DNA of 64,000 bases from the NCBI GenBank assembly GCA_001823695.1, contig MHVD01000015.1:2445-66444 (forward strand). The letters are read 5' to 3'. The notes under the pieces are model-generated. The model did no database searches, was not told the origin of the DNA, and saw only the letters and a program-made list of their open reading frames with translations. The DNA is from Candidatus Zambryskibacteria bacterium RIFCSPHIGHO2_01_FULL_43_25 (lineage in GTDB: Bacteria > Patescibacteriota > Minisyncoccia > Phycocordibacterales > Zambryskibacteraceae). Of the stretch, positions 9,071-18,468 are shown one piece after another. The translations under genes were made by a program, and so were the position numbers. The number at the start of each line of letters is the position of its first letter. The stretch's first letter is position 1.

Positions 9071-10321
9071 ATGCTGCAATCAAAACTTTTCTCAAAAACC
9101 CGCCGAGAATCGCCCAAAGACGATGTCTCAAAGAACGCTTCAATTCTTATCCGCGCCGGCTTTATAAACAAAGAAATGGCGGGGGTTTACTCATTCCTGC
9201 CTTTAGGACTTCGCACCCTTAACAAGATAATTCAAATAATCCGCGAAGAGATGGACGCGCTCGGCGGACAAGAACTTCTTATGTCCGCGCTTCAGGAGAA
9301 AGAAACGTGGGAAGCAAGCGATCGCTGGGACGACGATGTTGTGGATGTTTGGTTCAAAACGAAATTAAAAAACAATACAGAAATCGGTCTAGCGACAACT
9401 CACGAAGAACCACTGACGAAACTTCTAACCGAACACATTCACTCCTACAGAGACTTGCCGACGCTTGTTTATCAATTCCAAACCAAATTCAGAAATGAAC
9501 TCCGCGCCAAGGGAGGTCTCTTGCGAACGCGCGAATTTATAATGAAAGATCTCTATAGTTTCTGCAGAGACAAAGAAGAGCATGGGAAAGTGTACGAATC
9601 TTTGAAGAAGGCCTATGTGAAGATATTTGAAAGAGTCGGTCTCGGAGACATCACTTATCTGACCTTTGCTTCTGGGGGCAGTTTTAGTCCTTATTCGCAC
9701 GAATTTCAGACTGTCACGCTTGCCGGAGAAGACAATATTTATGTAGACGAAGGCAAAAGAATCGCCGTCAACGCAGAAGTGCTCAAAGATGAAGTTCTGT
9801 CCGATCTTGGTTTAAAAAAGGAGGATTTAATCCCCAAAAAGGCAATAGAAGTCGGCAACATTTTCACGCTTGGCACCAGATTTTCGGAAGCCTTAGGTCT
9901 CGTGTATGCTGACGAGGCCGGAGTGAAAAAACCCGTATTTATGGGCAGTTACGGCATTGGTCCGGCGCGCCTTATGGGCACAATAATTGAGGCGCTTGGC
10001 TCCGACAATGAAATGATCTGGCCGGAGAACGTTGCTCCATTTAGAGTTCATTTGATAAATCTTGGCAATGACAAAAACGCCAAAGAGCAGACGTTGAAAA
10101 TTTACAAAACCCTGACTGATAAAGGCGTAGAAGTTCTCTGCGATGACAGAGACGGAGCGACTGCCGGAGAAAAATTTGGAGATGCCGACCTTATCGGCAT
10201 ACCGTTGAGGGTGGTTGTAAGCGAGAAGTCTATATCTTCCGGGGGGGTGGAATTTGTTGATAGACGGGACGGCAAGGTCTCCATAATATCGGCCAAAGAA
10301 GCTGTAGAAAAATTGAAATAA
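9071..10321 (+). CDS. proS: prolyl-tRNA synthetase (short form without editing domain)
   Basis: 416 aa class II aaRS with ProRS N-terminal signature. Confidence 0.9.
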   Translation: MLQSKLFSKTRRESPKDDVSKNASILIRAGFINKEMAGVYSFLPLGLRTLNKIIQIIREEMDALGGQELLMSALQEKETWEASDRWDDDVVDVWFKTKLKNNTEIGLATTHEEPLTKLLTEHIHSYRDLPTLVYQFQTKFRNELRAKGGLLRTREFIMKDLYSFCRDKEEHGKVYESLKKAYVKIFERVGLGDITYLTFASGGSFSPYSHEFQTVTLAGEDNIYVDEGKRIAVNAEVLKDEVLSDLGLKKEDLIPKKAIEVGNIFTLGTRFSEALGLVYADEAGVKKPVFMGSYGIGPARLMGTIIEALGSDNEMIWPENVAPFRVHLINLGNDKNAKEQTLKIYKTLTDKGVEVLCDDRDGATAGEKFGDADLIGIPLRVVVSEKSISSGGVEFVDRRDGKVSIISAKEAVEKLK

Positions 10322-11398
10322 TTGATGAATAAGTTTGAATGGAAAAAAGGAGGGCAATTGAAAAGGTTGCTCTCCAATGATATCGGTATTGATTTGGGTA
10401 CTGCCAATACTCTGGTTTATGTTCGCGGCAGGGGGGTGGTGATAAACGAACCGTCGGTGGTTGCCGTAAACCAAAAGACTGGCAGGGTTGTTGCCGTTGG
10501 CGCCGAAGCCAAACAGATGCTCGGACGAACTCCCCAGCATATTACCGCCGTTAAACCGCTGGTTGACGGAGTCATTTCTGACTTTGAGGTTACCGAAGAG
10601 ATGATAACTTATCTTCTGAACAGGGCCCAGCACGACATCAAGAAACTTTTTGGCCCGCGGGTTGTCGTCGGAGTGCCTTCGGGCATTACCAACGTGGAAA
10701 TAAGAGCGGTCCGCGACGCCACGAGAAACGCCGGCGCCGGCGAGGTGCATATTGTGGAAGAGCCGATGGCCGCGGCCATCGGCATTAGACTGCCGGTCAG
10801 AGACCCGGTCGGCTCAATGGTTATAGACGTTGGAGGAGGAACATCGGACATTGCTGTAATTTCTTTGGGAGGAATTGTTCGTTCAAAAAATCTGCGGATT
10901 GCTGGTGATCGGCTAGATAATGACATCATTTCCTACATTCGCAGTGAGTTTAAAATCTTAATAGGAGAAAAGACGGCAGAAAATATAAAAATTGCTATCG
11001 GCAATATGCTGCATGGAGGTTCGCCACTTGAAGCATCTGTCAAGGGTAGGGACTTGGTTACCGGCCTTCCCCGCGAAGTCATCATTACTGATTCTGACGT
11101 TAGAGAGGCAATCTCCCAGTCAATCTCCAATCTGATTGAATCAACCCGGGAAGTTCTTGAAACCACTCCGCCCGAACTTCTCTCTGACATAATGAACAGG
11201 GGCATTTTCATCTCCGGCGGCGGGGCTCTCATACCGGGTTTGGCCGAACTAATTGCCGAAGAAGTCAAAATTCCGGTCCATATAGCTCCGGACCCACTAA
11301 CTTCCGTCGCCCGCGGGGCGGGTATAATTCTTGAGGATATTGAGGGCTTTAGAGAAGTATTGATAGAGCATGACGACGAACTACCGCATAAAAAGTAA
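10322..11398 (+). CDS. mreB: rod-shape protein MreB (paralog 2)
   Basis: GIDLGTANT, EPSVVA, VIDVGGGTSD; followed by mreC-mreD-mrdA. Confidence 0.85.
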   Translation: MMNKFEWKKGGQLKRLLSNDIGIDLGTANTLVYVRGRGVVINEPSVVAVNQKTGRVVAVGAEAKQMLGRTPQHITAVKPLVDGVISDFEVTEEMITYLLNRAQHDIKKLFGPRVVVGVPSGITNVEIRAVRDATRNAGAGEVHIVEEPMAAAIGIRLPVRDPVGSMVIDVGGGTSDIAVISLGGIVRSKNLRIAGDRLDNDIISYIRSEFKILIGEKTAENIKIAIGNMLHGGSPLEASVKGRDLVTGLPREVIITDSDVREAISQSISNLIESTREVLETTPPELLSDIMNRGIFISGGGALIPGLAELIAEEVKIPVHIAPDPLTSVARGAGIILEDIEGFREVLIEHDDELPHKK

Positions 11399-12179
11399 GA
11401 AGAAAATTCGCGACAACAAACCGCTTCTAACCTTGATTGTCTCCGTTGTTTTCATCTTTCTAGTTTTTGTTTTGCAGAATAATTTTCCCCAATTGAGCTT
11501 TAGAATTTTCGAATCAAGCGCTTCAACTCTCTGGGGTTTCTCTGATAAACTGGCTTCAATAAGTGAAGATTTAAGGACAACGATTTGGGACAAGCAAAAG
11601 CTTGAAGAAGAGAATCAAGCTCTAATACGGCAGATTGACGAGCTTCGCGGCAATTTGGCGGAGCTTTCAATTTTGAGAGAAGAAAATTTTTATCTGAAAG
11701 AAATGTGGGGGAGGAGGGAGACTTTCCAGTCTCGGCTTGCCAGAGTGCTCTCCGGTCCCGGTAATTCTCTCTACGATTTTCTAGTTATTGATTTGGGCCG
11801 AGAAGAGGGAGCGGTGGAAGGACAGAGAGTTTTTTCTTCCGGCGGATTTGTCATTGGCAACGTGTCGGAGGTTTTCGGCAAGACTTCCAAAGTCATCCTT
11901 TTTTCTAGTCCGGGAACAATTACGGACGCTTCGCTTGAACGCTCCGGCATAGCCCTATCTCTCAAAGGCAAAGGCGCCGGCAATTTCTCCGTCCTTGTGC
12001 CGAAACAGGAAGAGGTTGCGGAAGGAGATCTCGTTGTATTGCCCGGGCTCTCAAGCAAACCAATGGCCCTGGTCTACGGCATTGACACCAGCGAAACTGA
12101 TTCCTTCAAGGAACTACTGCTTTCCCTGCCGGTAAATATCTTTGAACTCAAATGGGTGGAAGTGGAATATGAACAATAA
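11370..12179 (+). CDS. mreC: rod-shape protein MreC
   Basis: N-terminal TM, coiled coil and beta-rich C-terminus; position after mreB. Confidence 0.65.
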   Translation: MTTNYRIKSKKKIRDNKPLLTLIVSVVFIFLVFVLQNNFPQLSFRIFESSASTLWGFSDKLASISEDLRTTIWDKQKLEEENQALIRQIDELRGNLAELSILREENFYLKEMWGRRETFQSRLARVLSGPGNSLYDFLVIDLGREEGAVEGQRVFSSGGFVIGNVSEVFGKTSKVILFSSPGTITDASLERSGIALSLKGKGAGNFSVLVPKQEEVAEGDLVVLPGLSSKPMALVYGIDTSETDSFKELLLSLPVNIFELKWVEVEYEQ

Positions 12180-12435
12180 AAAAACATATATCAGAATTGT
12201 TGTTGATTTGTTTCTATTCCTATCAATTTTTCTGTTTCCTTGGTGGTTTGCCAGCGCTCTGGCTATAGTGGCGCTCGCCTATTTCAGCTCTTTTTATGAA
12301 ATTCTCTTCTTTGGCTTTTTTGTCGGCGTATTTTCGGGATACGGGCCGAATGCTCCGATTTATTGTTCAATCGCCGCCATCCTGGCCCTTTGTCTTGCGA
12401 CAGTCATGAAGCAAAGACTGATATTTTCCAAATAG
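12142..12435 (+). CDS. mreD: rod-shape protein MreD (small polytopic membrane protein)
   Basis: 97-aa hydrophobic ORF between mreC and mrdA. Confidence 0.5.
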   Translation: MNSNGWKWNMNNKKTYIRIVVDLFLFLSIFLFPWWFASALAIVALAYFSSFYEILFFGFFVGVFSGYGPNAPIYCSIAAILALCLATVMKQRLIFSK

Positions 12436-12445
12436 TCCCGACGAT

Positions 12446-12473
12446 TTGTCGGTTCTACCCGCAACTGTATAAT
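12446..12473 (+). promoter_or_regulatory. internal promoter TTGTCG-16-TATAAT, 6 nt before ATG of mrdA (leaderless candidate)
   Basis: Hexamers read directly in mreD-mrdA spacer. Confidence 0.4.
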
Positions 12474-12479
12474 GTGCCT

Positions 12480-14180
12480 ATGTTCCAGCGCATCTCGCGT
12501 CTGTTAAAAAAAGGGGTCATAAAGAGAGAAGGGGAAATTTACCCTGATGAGATTTTTATTGATTCGGAGAACCTTCCAGAATTTGATGTTGACCACTTTG
12601 AAGGGCGTCTGGAACAGCCTGTTGGCAAAAAAGTTTTTGCGTTTATTGCGATTTTTTTCGCACTAGTCGGTGTTTTGTTTGCCGGAAAAATCTGGATGCT
12701 ACAAATCAGAGAAGGCCGGGCTTACGAGGAAATGAGCGCAAATAACCACCTCAAGCATACGATTATATTTGCCGACCGGGGAATTATTTATGATCGCAAC
12801 AAAAAAGAGCTTGCCTGGAATATTGTTGACGCGGCCGGCGGCAATTTCTCCCTGCGGCGCTACGCGCCGCAGAGTGGCCTCGCCCACATACTCGGCTATG
12901 TATCATATCCGTCAAAAGACAAGTACGGCTTCTACTATGATGAGAATTTTACCGGCAAGGACGGAGTTGAATCCTATTACAACGAAACGCTGGCCGGCGA
13001 AAACGGCCTTAAGATTACCGAGACCGACGTAATGGGAAACGTGCAGTCGGAGAGCGTGCTGCGTCCGCCCCGCGACGGCAACAATATCTACCTTTCTGTG
13101 GATTCACGAATTTCGGAAAAATTGTATGATTTCATAAAAAGCACAGCGGCCGAATACGATTTTGCCGGCGGCGCGGGAATCATTCTTGACGTAAAAACCG
13201 GCGAGGTTCTGTCTCTGGTCAGTTTTCCCGAATTCAGCTCGGGAGTTATAACTGACGGCGAGGATAAGGACGCTATTAGGGAGCTTCTTGCCAATTCCGA
13301 TAAGCCGTTTTTGAACCGGGCTATCGGCGGGCTCTATACTCCCGGCTCAATCGTCAAGCCTTTCATCGCAGTCGGGGCGCTTGAAGAAGGAATAATAGAT
13401 CCGAAAAAACAGATTCTATCTACCGGACAAATTGAAGTTCCGAATCCTTACAACCCGGAGCAAAAAAGCGTTTTCAAAGACTGGAAGGCGCACGGCTGGG
13501 TAGATATGAGGCAAGCTATTGCCGTTTCTTCCAATGTTTATTTTTTCTCAATCGGCGGAGGATATGAAAACCAAAAGGGCCTAGGGATTACGAAAATCGC
13601 CGAATATCTGGAAAAATTTGGTCTGGGAAACGACACCGGCATTGACCTCAATGGCGAACAGGACGGACTTGTGCCGACGCCTGAATGGAAAAAGAACACC
13701 TTCAACGACGACCTCTGGCGCTTGGGCGATACTTACAACACTTCAATCGGGCAATACGGTTTTCAGGTTACGGCCCTGCAGATGGCGCGCACGGTCGCTT
13801 CTCTGGCTAACGGCGGGACCCTTGTTACCCCGACCGTCTTGCTTCGGGTTTCGGACAAAAAGGGGAAAGAGCTTGGGTTTAATCCGGACAATCTGAAAGT
13901 AGCCAGAGAGGGGATGAGATTGTCTGTAACGGATGGCATTGCCAGCAGTCTTGCGATACCGGGACTTTCTGTCGCGGCAAAAACTGGAACTGCGGAACTG
14001 GGCGTTACGAAAGAGAGGGTTAATTCTTGGGTTACCGGATTTTTCCCTTATGAGAACCCTAGGTTTTCTTTTGCAGTGGTAATGGAGAAAGGTCCCAGAA
14101 GCAACACGATTGGCGCCACGTATGTAATGCGTCAGCTTTTGGACTGGATGAATGTGAATACGCTGGAGTATGCGAGGTAG
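12480..14180 (+). CDS. mrdA: penicillin-binding protein 2 (elongation transpeptidase)
   Basis: PBP dimerisation + transpeptidase domains; start placed at MFQRIS (ATG 12480) rather than the overlapping upstream ORF start. Confidence 0.8.
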   Translation: MFQRISRLLKKGVIKREGEIYPDEIFIDSENLPEFDVDHFEGRLEQPVGKKVFAFIAIFFALVGVLFAGKIWMLQIREGRAYEEMSANNHLKHTIIFADRGIIYDRNKKELAWNIVDAAGGNFSLRRYAPQSGLAHILGYVSYPSKDKYGFYYDENFTGKDGVESYYNETLAGENGLKITETDVMGNVQSESVLRPPRDGNNIYLSVDSRISEKLYDFIKSTAAEYDFAGGAGIILDVKTGEVLSLVSFPEFSSGVITDGEDKDAIRELLANSDKPFLNRAIGGLYTPGSIVKPFIAVGALEEGIIDPKKQILSTGQIEVPNPYNPEQKSVFKDWKAHGWVDMRQAIAVSSNVYFFSIGGGYENQKGLGITKIAEYLEKFGLGNDTGIDLNGEQDGLVPTPEWKKNTFNDDLWRLGDTYNTSIGQYGFQVTALQMARTVASLANGGTLVTPTVLLRVSDKKGKELGFNPDNLKVAREGMRLSVTDGIASSLAIPGLSVAAKTGTAELGVTKERVNSWVTGFFPYENPRFSFAVVMEKGPRSNTIGATYVMRQLLDWMNVNTLEYAR

Positions 14181-14335
14181 CGTAAGACGTAAAACTTGTA
14201 GCGTAAAACATAAAGCGCAAATCTTGTGCGAATTCATACGTTACTTTTGCGCGACCGCGTAAAAATAACGTATGGGACAAAAAATTAAAAACAAAAAAAA
14301 GCCCCTCGTTCGTCAGGTGACAAACGAAGGACTCG

Positions 14336-14368
14336 CCCCTCACACGCCCTTGCGAGCGTGTGAGGGGG
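14336..14368 (-). terminator. hairpin CCCCTCACACGC...GCGTGTGAGGGG with downstream T-run (on - strand) after GC-rich gene
   Basis: 12-bp perfect stem; A-run 14293-14300 on + strand. Confidence 0.45.
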
Positions 14369-14382
14369 TGCGGGTTTGCTAC

Positions 14383-14976
14383 TTACTTCACGCTCGGCCC
14401 GCTGGAGGCGGAGCGAGGGCGAACGAGACGAGCAAGGCGAAGCCAATCGTGCGCGAGCCAGCGCCAGAGCAGGAGCCACGAGCGACCGCCCCAGGACAGG
14501 TACGGGACGTGCCGGTCGCCAGCCGCGTGGACGACAACGGTGCCGGAGAGCGGGATGTACGTCCCCGTCGGCAGGCCGAAGCCCTCATTGCGATACTTTG
14601 CAATGAAGGCCAGGCCATGGCGCAGGCCGAGGTCAGCCCGTGCGCTGGCCGCCCGAGACAACATCTCGTCGCTTGAGATGCTGTCTCGGCTGTTCTCGAG
14701 GAGCTCGATGAACTCGAGCTCCAGTGTGCCGACGGGTCCGACTGCGTCCTTCTCGACGCGGTCGATCCAATCCGGGAACTGGAGCTCTTCGGTCCCCGTC
14801 ACGGTGATGACAGGAATGAAGATCTCGCGAACTGCCCGAGCGAGCGCGGCATCGAACTTCGCACGCAACTCGCTCGGCCCGTCAATCAGGACCTGCGCGA
14901 GATGAGGAACGATTTCGTCCGGCGCGGGAAGGGCGCGGACGATCGAGGCCACTAGCTCGTTGAATTGCCGGGACAT
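14383..14976 (-). CDS. hypothetical protein, 197 aa, ~62% GC (foreign-looking cassette)
   Basis: Long ORF in GC-rich island; GGAGG 6 nt before ATG; protein-like composition, no recognised motif. Confidence 0.45.
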   Translation of the reverse strand: MSRQFNELVASIVRALPAPDEIVPHLAQVLIDGPSELRAKFDAALARAVREIFIPVITVTGTEELQFPDWIDRVEKDAVGPVGTLELEFIELLENSRDSISSDEMLSRAASARADLGLRHGLAFIAKYRNEGFGLPTGTYIPLSGTVVVHAAGDRHVPYLSWGGRSWLLLWRWLAHDWLRLARLVRPRSASSGPSVK

Positions 14977-15323
14977 ACTAACCTCCGTTCCGTGCGGCCA
15001 ACCCCTTACTCAAGCACCATGCTTGAGCCGAGAGCTTACCGCGTTGGTACAGCCCTCCATCTTTTATCCACAAAGTAAAAATAAAAAAATGGAGTACTTC
15101 AATCAAAAGATAAAAAGTGGGGGGCTGTACCAACAAGCTTGTCCGCTTAAGTTACGAAGCAGGTTTTTCAAGTAGCATATAAAGAACTTCTTCATGTATA
15201 TTATATCATACTTCGTATCTAAAAGTCAATGGGTTTTTTGCACAATTTTACTATCCTATTTTGTTGCCATTATTAGCCGTTTTTTTGCCCCCCACCTTTT
15301 GTCAGGAGACAAAAGGTGGGGGA

Positions 15324-15351
15324 TTGACTTCTACCCCCTTTCCTATACAAT
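15324..15351 (+). promoter_or_regulatory. sigma70 promoter TTGACT-16-TACAAT for greA (12-nt leader)
   Basis: Read directly; preceded by 13-bp-stem hairpin 15288-15322. Confidence 0.5.
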
Positions 15352-15363
15352 TTACCCCCACCT

Positions 15364-15828
15364 ATGCCTCAAGAAGAATTTCTTACTCAAGAAAAATACA
15401 ATGAGTTCAAGGAGGAACTTGAGAATCTCAAAACCACAAGACGCAAGGAAGTGGCGGAACAATTGGAGTACGCAAAATCCCTTGGCGACCTTTCTGAAAA
15501 CGCCGAATATCACGAAGCCCGTGATACGCAGGCAAGCGTGGAAGACAGAATTGCCCGCATTGAACATCTGCTCAAACACGCCACGATTGTTTCCTCAAGG
15601 GGGAGCAGTGTCGTTGTCGTGGGCTCGGTTATAACAATCCGCAGGGTAAAGGACAGAGAAGAGAGCACCTTTACCGTTGTCGGAACTGAAGAAGCGGATA
15701 TGGGTGTCGGCAAAATTTCTATGAAGTCGCCTCTGGGTTCGGCCGCTCTGGGTAAGAAAAAGGGCGAGACATTCTCTTTTGCCACTCCAGGTGGTAAAAT
15801 AACCTGTGAGATAATTGCAATAAAATAA
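15364..15828 (+). CDS. greA: transcription elongation factor GreA
   Basis: 154 aa; SLGDLSENAEYHEARD GreA signature. Confidence 0.9.
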   Translation: MPQEEFLTQEKYNEFKEELENLKTTRRKEVAEQLEYAKSLGDLSENAEYHEARDTQASVEDRIARIEHLLKHATIVSSRGSSVVVVGSVITIRRVKDREESTFTVVGTEEADMGVGKISMKSPLGSAALGKKKGETFSFATPGGKITCEIIAIK

Positions 15829-15867
15829 CAAAGCTTCAAGCTAAAAGCTTCAAGCTTAAAGCTTCTC

Positions 15868-17379
15868 ATGGCTTTAGACGACATAAGAAATACCAGATTA
15901 GGAAAATTAAAAATCTTACAAGATAAGGGGATTGACCCCTATCCGGCTACTGTCAGGCGGGACAAGGAAATTGCCGAAGTGGTAGGGAGTTTCTCCAAAC
16001 TCTCTAAGTCCAAGAAAAATCTGCACCTAGTCGGCAGAGTGATGTCGCTTCGCCCACAGGGCGGGCTTGTGTTTTTCCATTTTGACGACGGCACTGGGCG
16101 GCTTCAGGGGATGCTAAAGAAAGGCGAGAAGGTGTCGGACGAGGACTTCTCGCTGTTTGTCGATACGGTTGATGTTGGTGATTTTGTGGAAGTCAAAGGT
16201 GCCCTGTTTCTGACCAAAAAGAAAGAGAAAACCGTTCAAGTTTCAAACTGGCGGATGATTTGCAAAAGTCTTCGTCCGCTTCCGGAGAAGTGGCACGGGC
16301 TTCAGGATATTGAAGAGCGTTTTCGCCGCCGATATCTGGATACGCTGATGAACGAGGAAGTCAGGAATCGCTTTCTTCTGCGTGTTCGGATGATGGGAGA
16401 GATTCGTAATTTTTATAATTCAAAGGGTTTTATTGAAGTGGAATTGCCAGAGCTTCAGCCGCTTGCTGGTGGGGCAACAGCCAGGCCCTTCGTCACTCAC
16501 CACAACACGCTTGATACCGATTTTTATCTTCCGGTGGCGCAGGAGCTTTATCTCAAGGAGCTTCTGGCCGGCGGCTTCACACGGGTTTATGAAATGGGCA
16601 GACGATTCCGCAATGAAGGAGTAGATACAATGCACAATCCCGAGTTCACGATGCTTGAGTCAAACGAAGCGTATGTTGATGCGGAAGACCAGAGGAAGTT
16701 TATTGAAGAGCTTTTCAAATATGTGGTCAAAAAGCTTTTTGGCAAGATGAAAGTGGTTTACAGCGGCAATACCATAGACTTTGGCAAGAAATTTGCAGTT
16801 GTAACGTATTTTGACCTGCTAAGAAGGAACGCTCTCATACCGAATCCAGAAAGCATAAACAGGGAAGAAGTGGCCATCAGAGCCCATCAGCTGGCAGTAC
16901 CGGTTTTGGATGACGATTCTCTTCCGAAGATACTGGACAATATATACAAGAAGACCGCACGGCCGAAACTGATCCAACCGACATTTATAATTGACTATCC
17001 AGTGACCTTTAACCCGTTTGCGAAACGCAAGGGTGATAATCCGTCGCTCATAGATCGTTTCCAGCTTGTTGTGGGCGGAATTGAACTGGTGAATGCGTTT
17101 TCTGAATTGAATAACTCTCTTGACCAAAAAGAAAGATATCTGGAAGAAGACAAGAAGGGGGAGGCGGGAGAGGCGGAAATTTCTCCAAGTGATAAGGAAT
17201 ATCTGGAGGCGATGGAGTATGGTATGCCGCCAAACGGTGGAATCGGAATCGGTATTGACCGGCTGGCAATGATCTTGACCGATACTCAAAATATAAAAGA
17301 AGTTATACTTTTCCCAACACTGCGTCCTCGGCCGAAAGAAGAGAAGAAGGAAGAAGGGGGAGAAGAAGGGAAAGAGTAG
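15868..17379 (+). CDS. lysS: lysyl-tRNA synthetase (class II) with K/E-rich C-terminal tail
   Basis: OB-fold N-domain plus class II motifs (FRNEG, GGIGIGIDR). Confidence 0.9.
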   Translation: MALDDIRNTRLGKLKILQDKGIDPYPATVRRDKEIAEVVGSFSKLSKSKKNLHLVGRVMSLRPQGGLVFFHFDDGTGRLQGMLKKGEKVSDEDFSLFVDTVDVGDFVEVKGALFLTKKKEKTVQVSNWRMICKSLRPLPEKWHGLQDIEERFRRRYLDTLMNEEVRNRFLLRVRMMGEIRNFYNSKGFIEVELPELQPLAGGATARPFVTHHNTLDTDFYLPVAQELYLKELLAGGFTRVYEMGRRFRNEGVDTMHNPEFTMLESNEAYVDAEDQRKFIEELFKYVVKKLFGKMKVVYSGNTIDFGKKFAVVTYFDLLRRNALIPNPESINREEVAIRAHQLAVPVLDDDSLPKILDNIYKKTARPKLIQPTFIIDYPVTFNPFAKRKGDNPSLIDRFQLVVGGIELVNAFSELNNSLDQKERYLEEDKKGEAGEAEISPSDKEYLEAMEYGMPPNGGIGIGIDRLAMILTDTQNIKEVILFPTLRPRPKEEKKEEGGEEGKE

Positions 17380-17473
17380 GAGATAAGAAAGAACAGAAAT
17401 TAAACCCAGTTTTTTGTTCTTTTAGCTTCCTTTGTTCTTTTAGCCTCCTTCGATTTATTTTTCAACTCCATTT

Positions 17474-17513
17474 TCATTATACCCCTTATTCGGGCGAATA
17501 AGGGGTATAATGA
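17474..17513 (+). promoter_or_regulatory. 40-bp palindrome (18-bp perfect arms) embedding TATAAT: candidate ArsR operator/promoter
   Basis: TCATTATACCCCTTATTC-GGGC-GAATAAGGGGTATAATGA, 40 bp upstream of arsR ATG. Confidence 0.5.
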
Positions 17514-17553
17514 AAGATGTGGTGGGGCGCGGTGAGTGTGATGATAAAAGCAG

Positions 17554-17835
17554 ATGAAAGAAACTGAAAAAATATTAAAGGCGTTAGCCAACAGAAGAAG
17601 ACTGGTAATGATTCAATATTTAAGAAAAGAAAAAGAGGCGGCCGTAGGAGGTGTCGCTAATCATTTGAAATTATCTTTCAAGGCAACTTCAAGACATCTA
17701 AATGTTCTATATTCAGCTGGGATTGTGGATAGGGAACAGAGAAATGTGGAAGTGTGGTATAGACTGTCGCCGACCTTACACCCAATCGCGAAATTTATCT
17801 CTAATTCGCTTGCCTACCTGCGCAGGCAGGAATAG
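17554..17835 (+). CDS. arsR: ArsR/SmtB-family HTH repressor (paralog 1)
   Basis: 93 aa; winged-helix segment SFKATSRHLNVLYSAGIV. Confidence 0.75.
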   Translation: MKETEKILKALANRRRLVMIQYLRKEKEAAVGGVANHLKLSFKATSRHLNVLYSAGIVDREQRNVEVWYRLSPTLHPIAKFISNSLAYLRRQE

Positions 17836-17886
17836 GAGAATAGAAGTTTGGGGGTGATGCCAAACTATTGGACCATTACTGGGGGG

Positions 17887-17914
17887 TTGACAAATCCTGT
17901 GTATTTGCTATAAT
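17887..17914 (+). promoter_or_regulatory. consensus sigma70 promoter TTGACA-16-TATAAT
   Basis: Perfect hexamers read directly upstream of the GC-rich phosphatase gene. Confidence 0.6.
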
Positions 17915-17932
17915 TGATACGGAGTTGTTCGT

Positions 17933-18412
17933 TTGCAGTTATCCTGCCCAAATTGGCAAAACGCGGGAGACAAGATGTTTCGGATTCTCGCAGTTTGCAA
18001 GGGGAATCGGTCTCGCAGTCCCATGTTTGAAGCTCTGCTTCAGCTGGCACTGCAGGAGAACGGCAGGACCGACGTGGTCGTGGAAAGTGCGGGAACAATC
18101 CAAGAAGCGGCAAATCATCCGGCCGAAGAGGGCGCACTAGTTGCCGCCAAGCGGGTTGGTCTCGATCTGAGCGGCCACGTCAGTCGCTGGGTTGGCGATC
18201 TCAATCTCAGGGACTTCCATATCATCTACTGCATGGAGCCCTCGGTGAGAGACGTCGTCCGAGAGTTCAATCTGCCTCCGACGGTCCGGATCATTCTGGT
18301 AAACGAGGAGCAGGGAGGAATCCCCAATCCCTACCAGAAGGGGCAGGAAGCATACGATGAGTCGCTGGAGGTCATCAGGTCTGTGGTCGGGAAAATCGTC
18401 CGCGATCTGTAA
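17933..18412 (+). CDS. low-molecular-weight phosphotyrosine phosphatase / ArsC-type arsenate reductase (57% GC)
   Basis: P-loop VCKGNRSRS (CX5R); likely true start MFRILAV at 17975; GGGAGA SD. Confidence 0.65.
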   Translation: MQLSCPNWQNAGDKMFRILAVCKGNRSRSPMFEALLQLALQENGRTDVVVESAGTIQEAANHPAEEGALVAAKRVGLDLSGHVSRWVGDLNLRDFHIIYCMEPSVRDVVREFNLPPTVRIILVNEEQGGIPNPYQKGQEAYDESLEVIRSVVGKIVRDL

Positions 18413-18431
18413 CCTTTCCACGAGTCGTTCA

Positions 18432-18468
18432 GGGAGCGGTCACAATGTGTGCCCGCTCCTTTTGTTTA
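18432..18468. terminator. bidirectional intrinsic terminator GGGAGCGG...CCGCTCC + TTTTGTTT
   Basis: Between convergent genes. Confidence 0.55.

Noticed and set aside
14272-14905. Arg-rich + strand ORFs (134/181/76 aa) in the GC island
   Set aside because: Composition-driven antisense ORFs with low-complexity R/S/P-rich translations; the - strand 197-aa ORF has SD and terminator.
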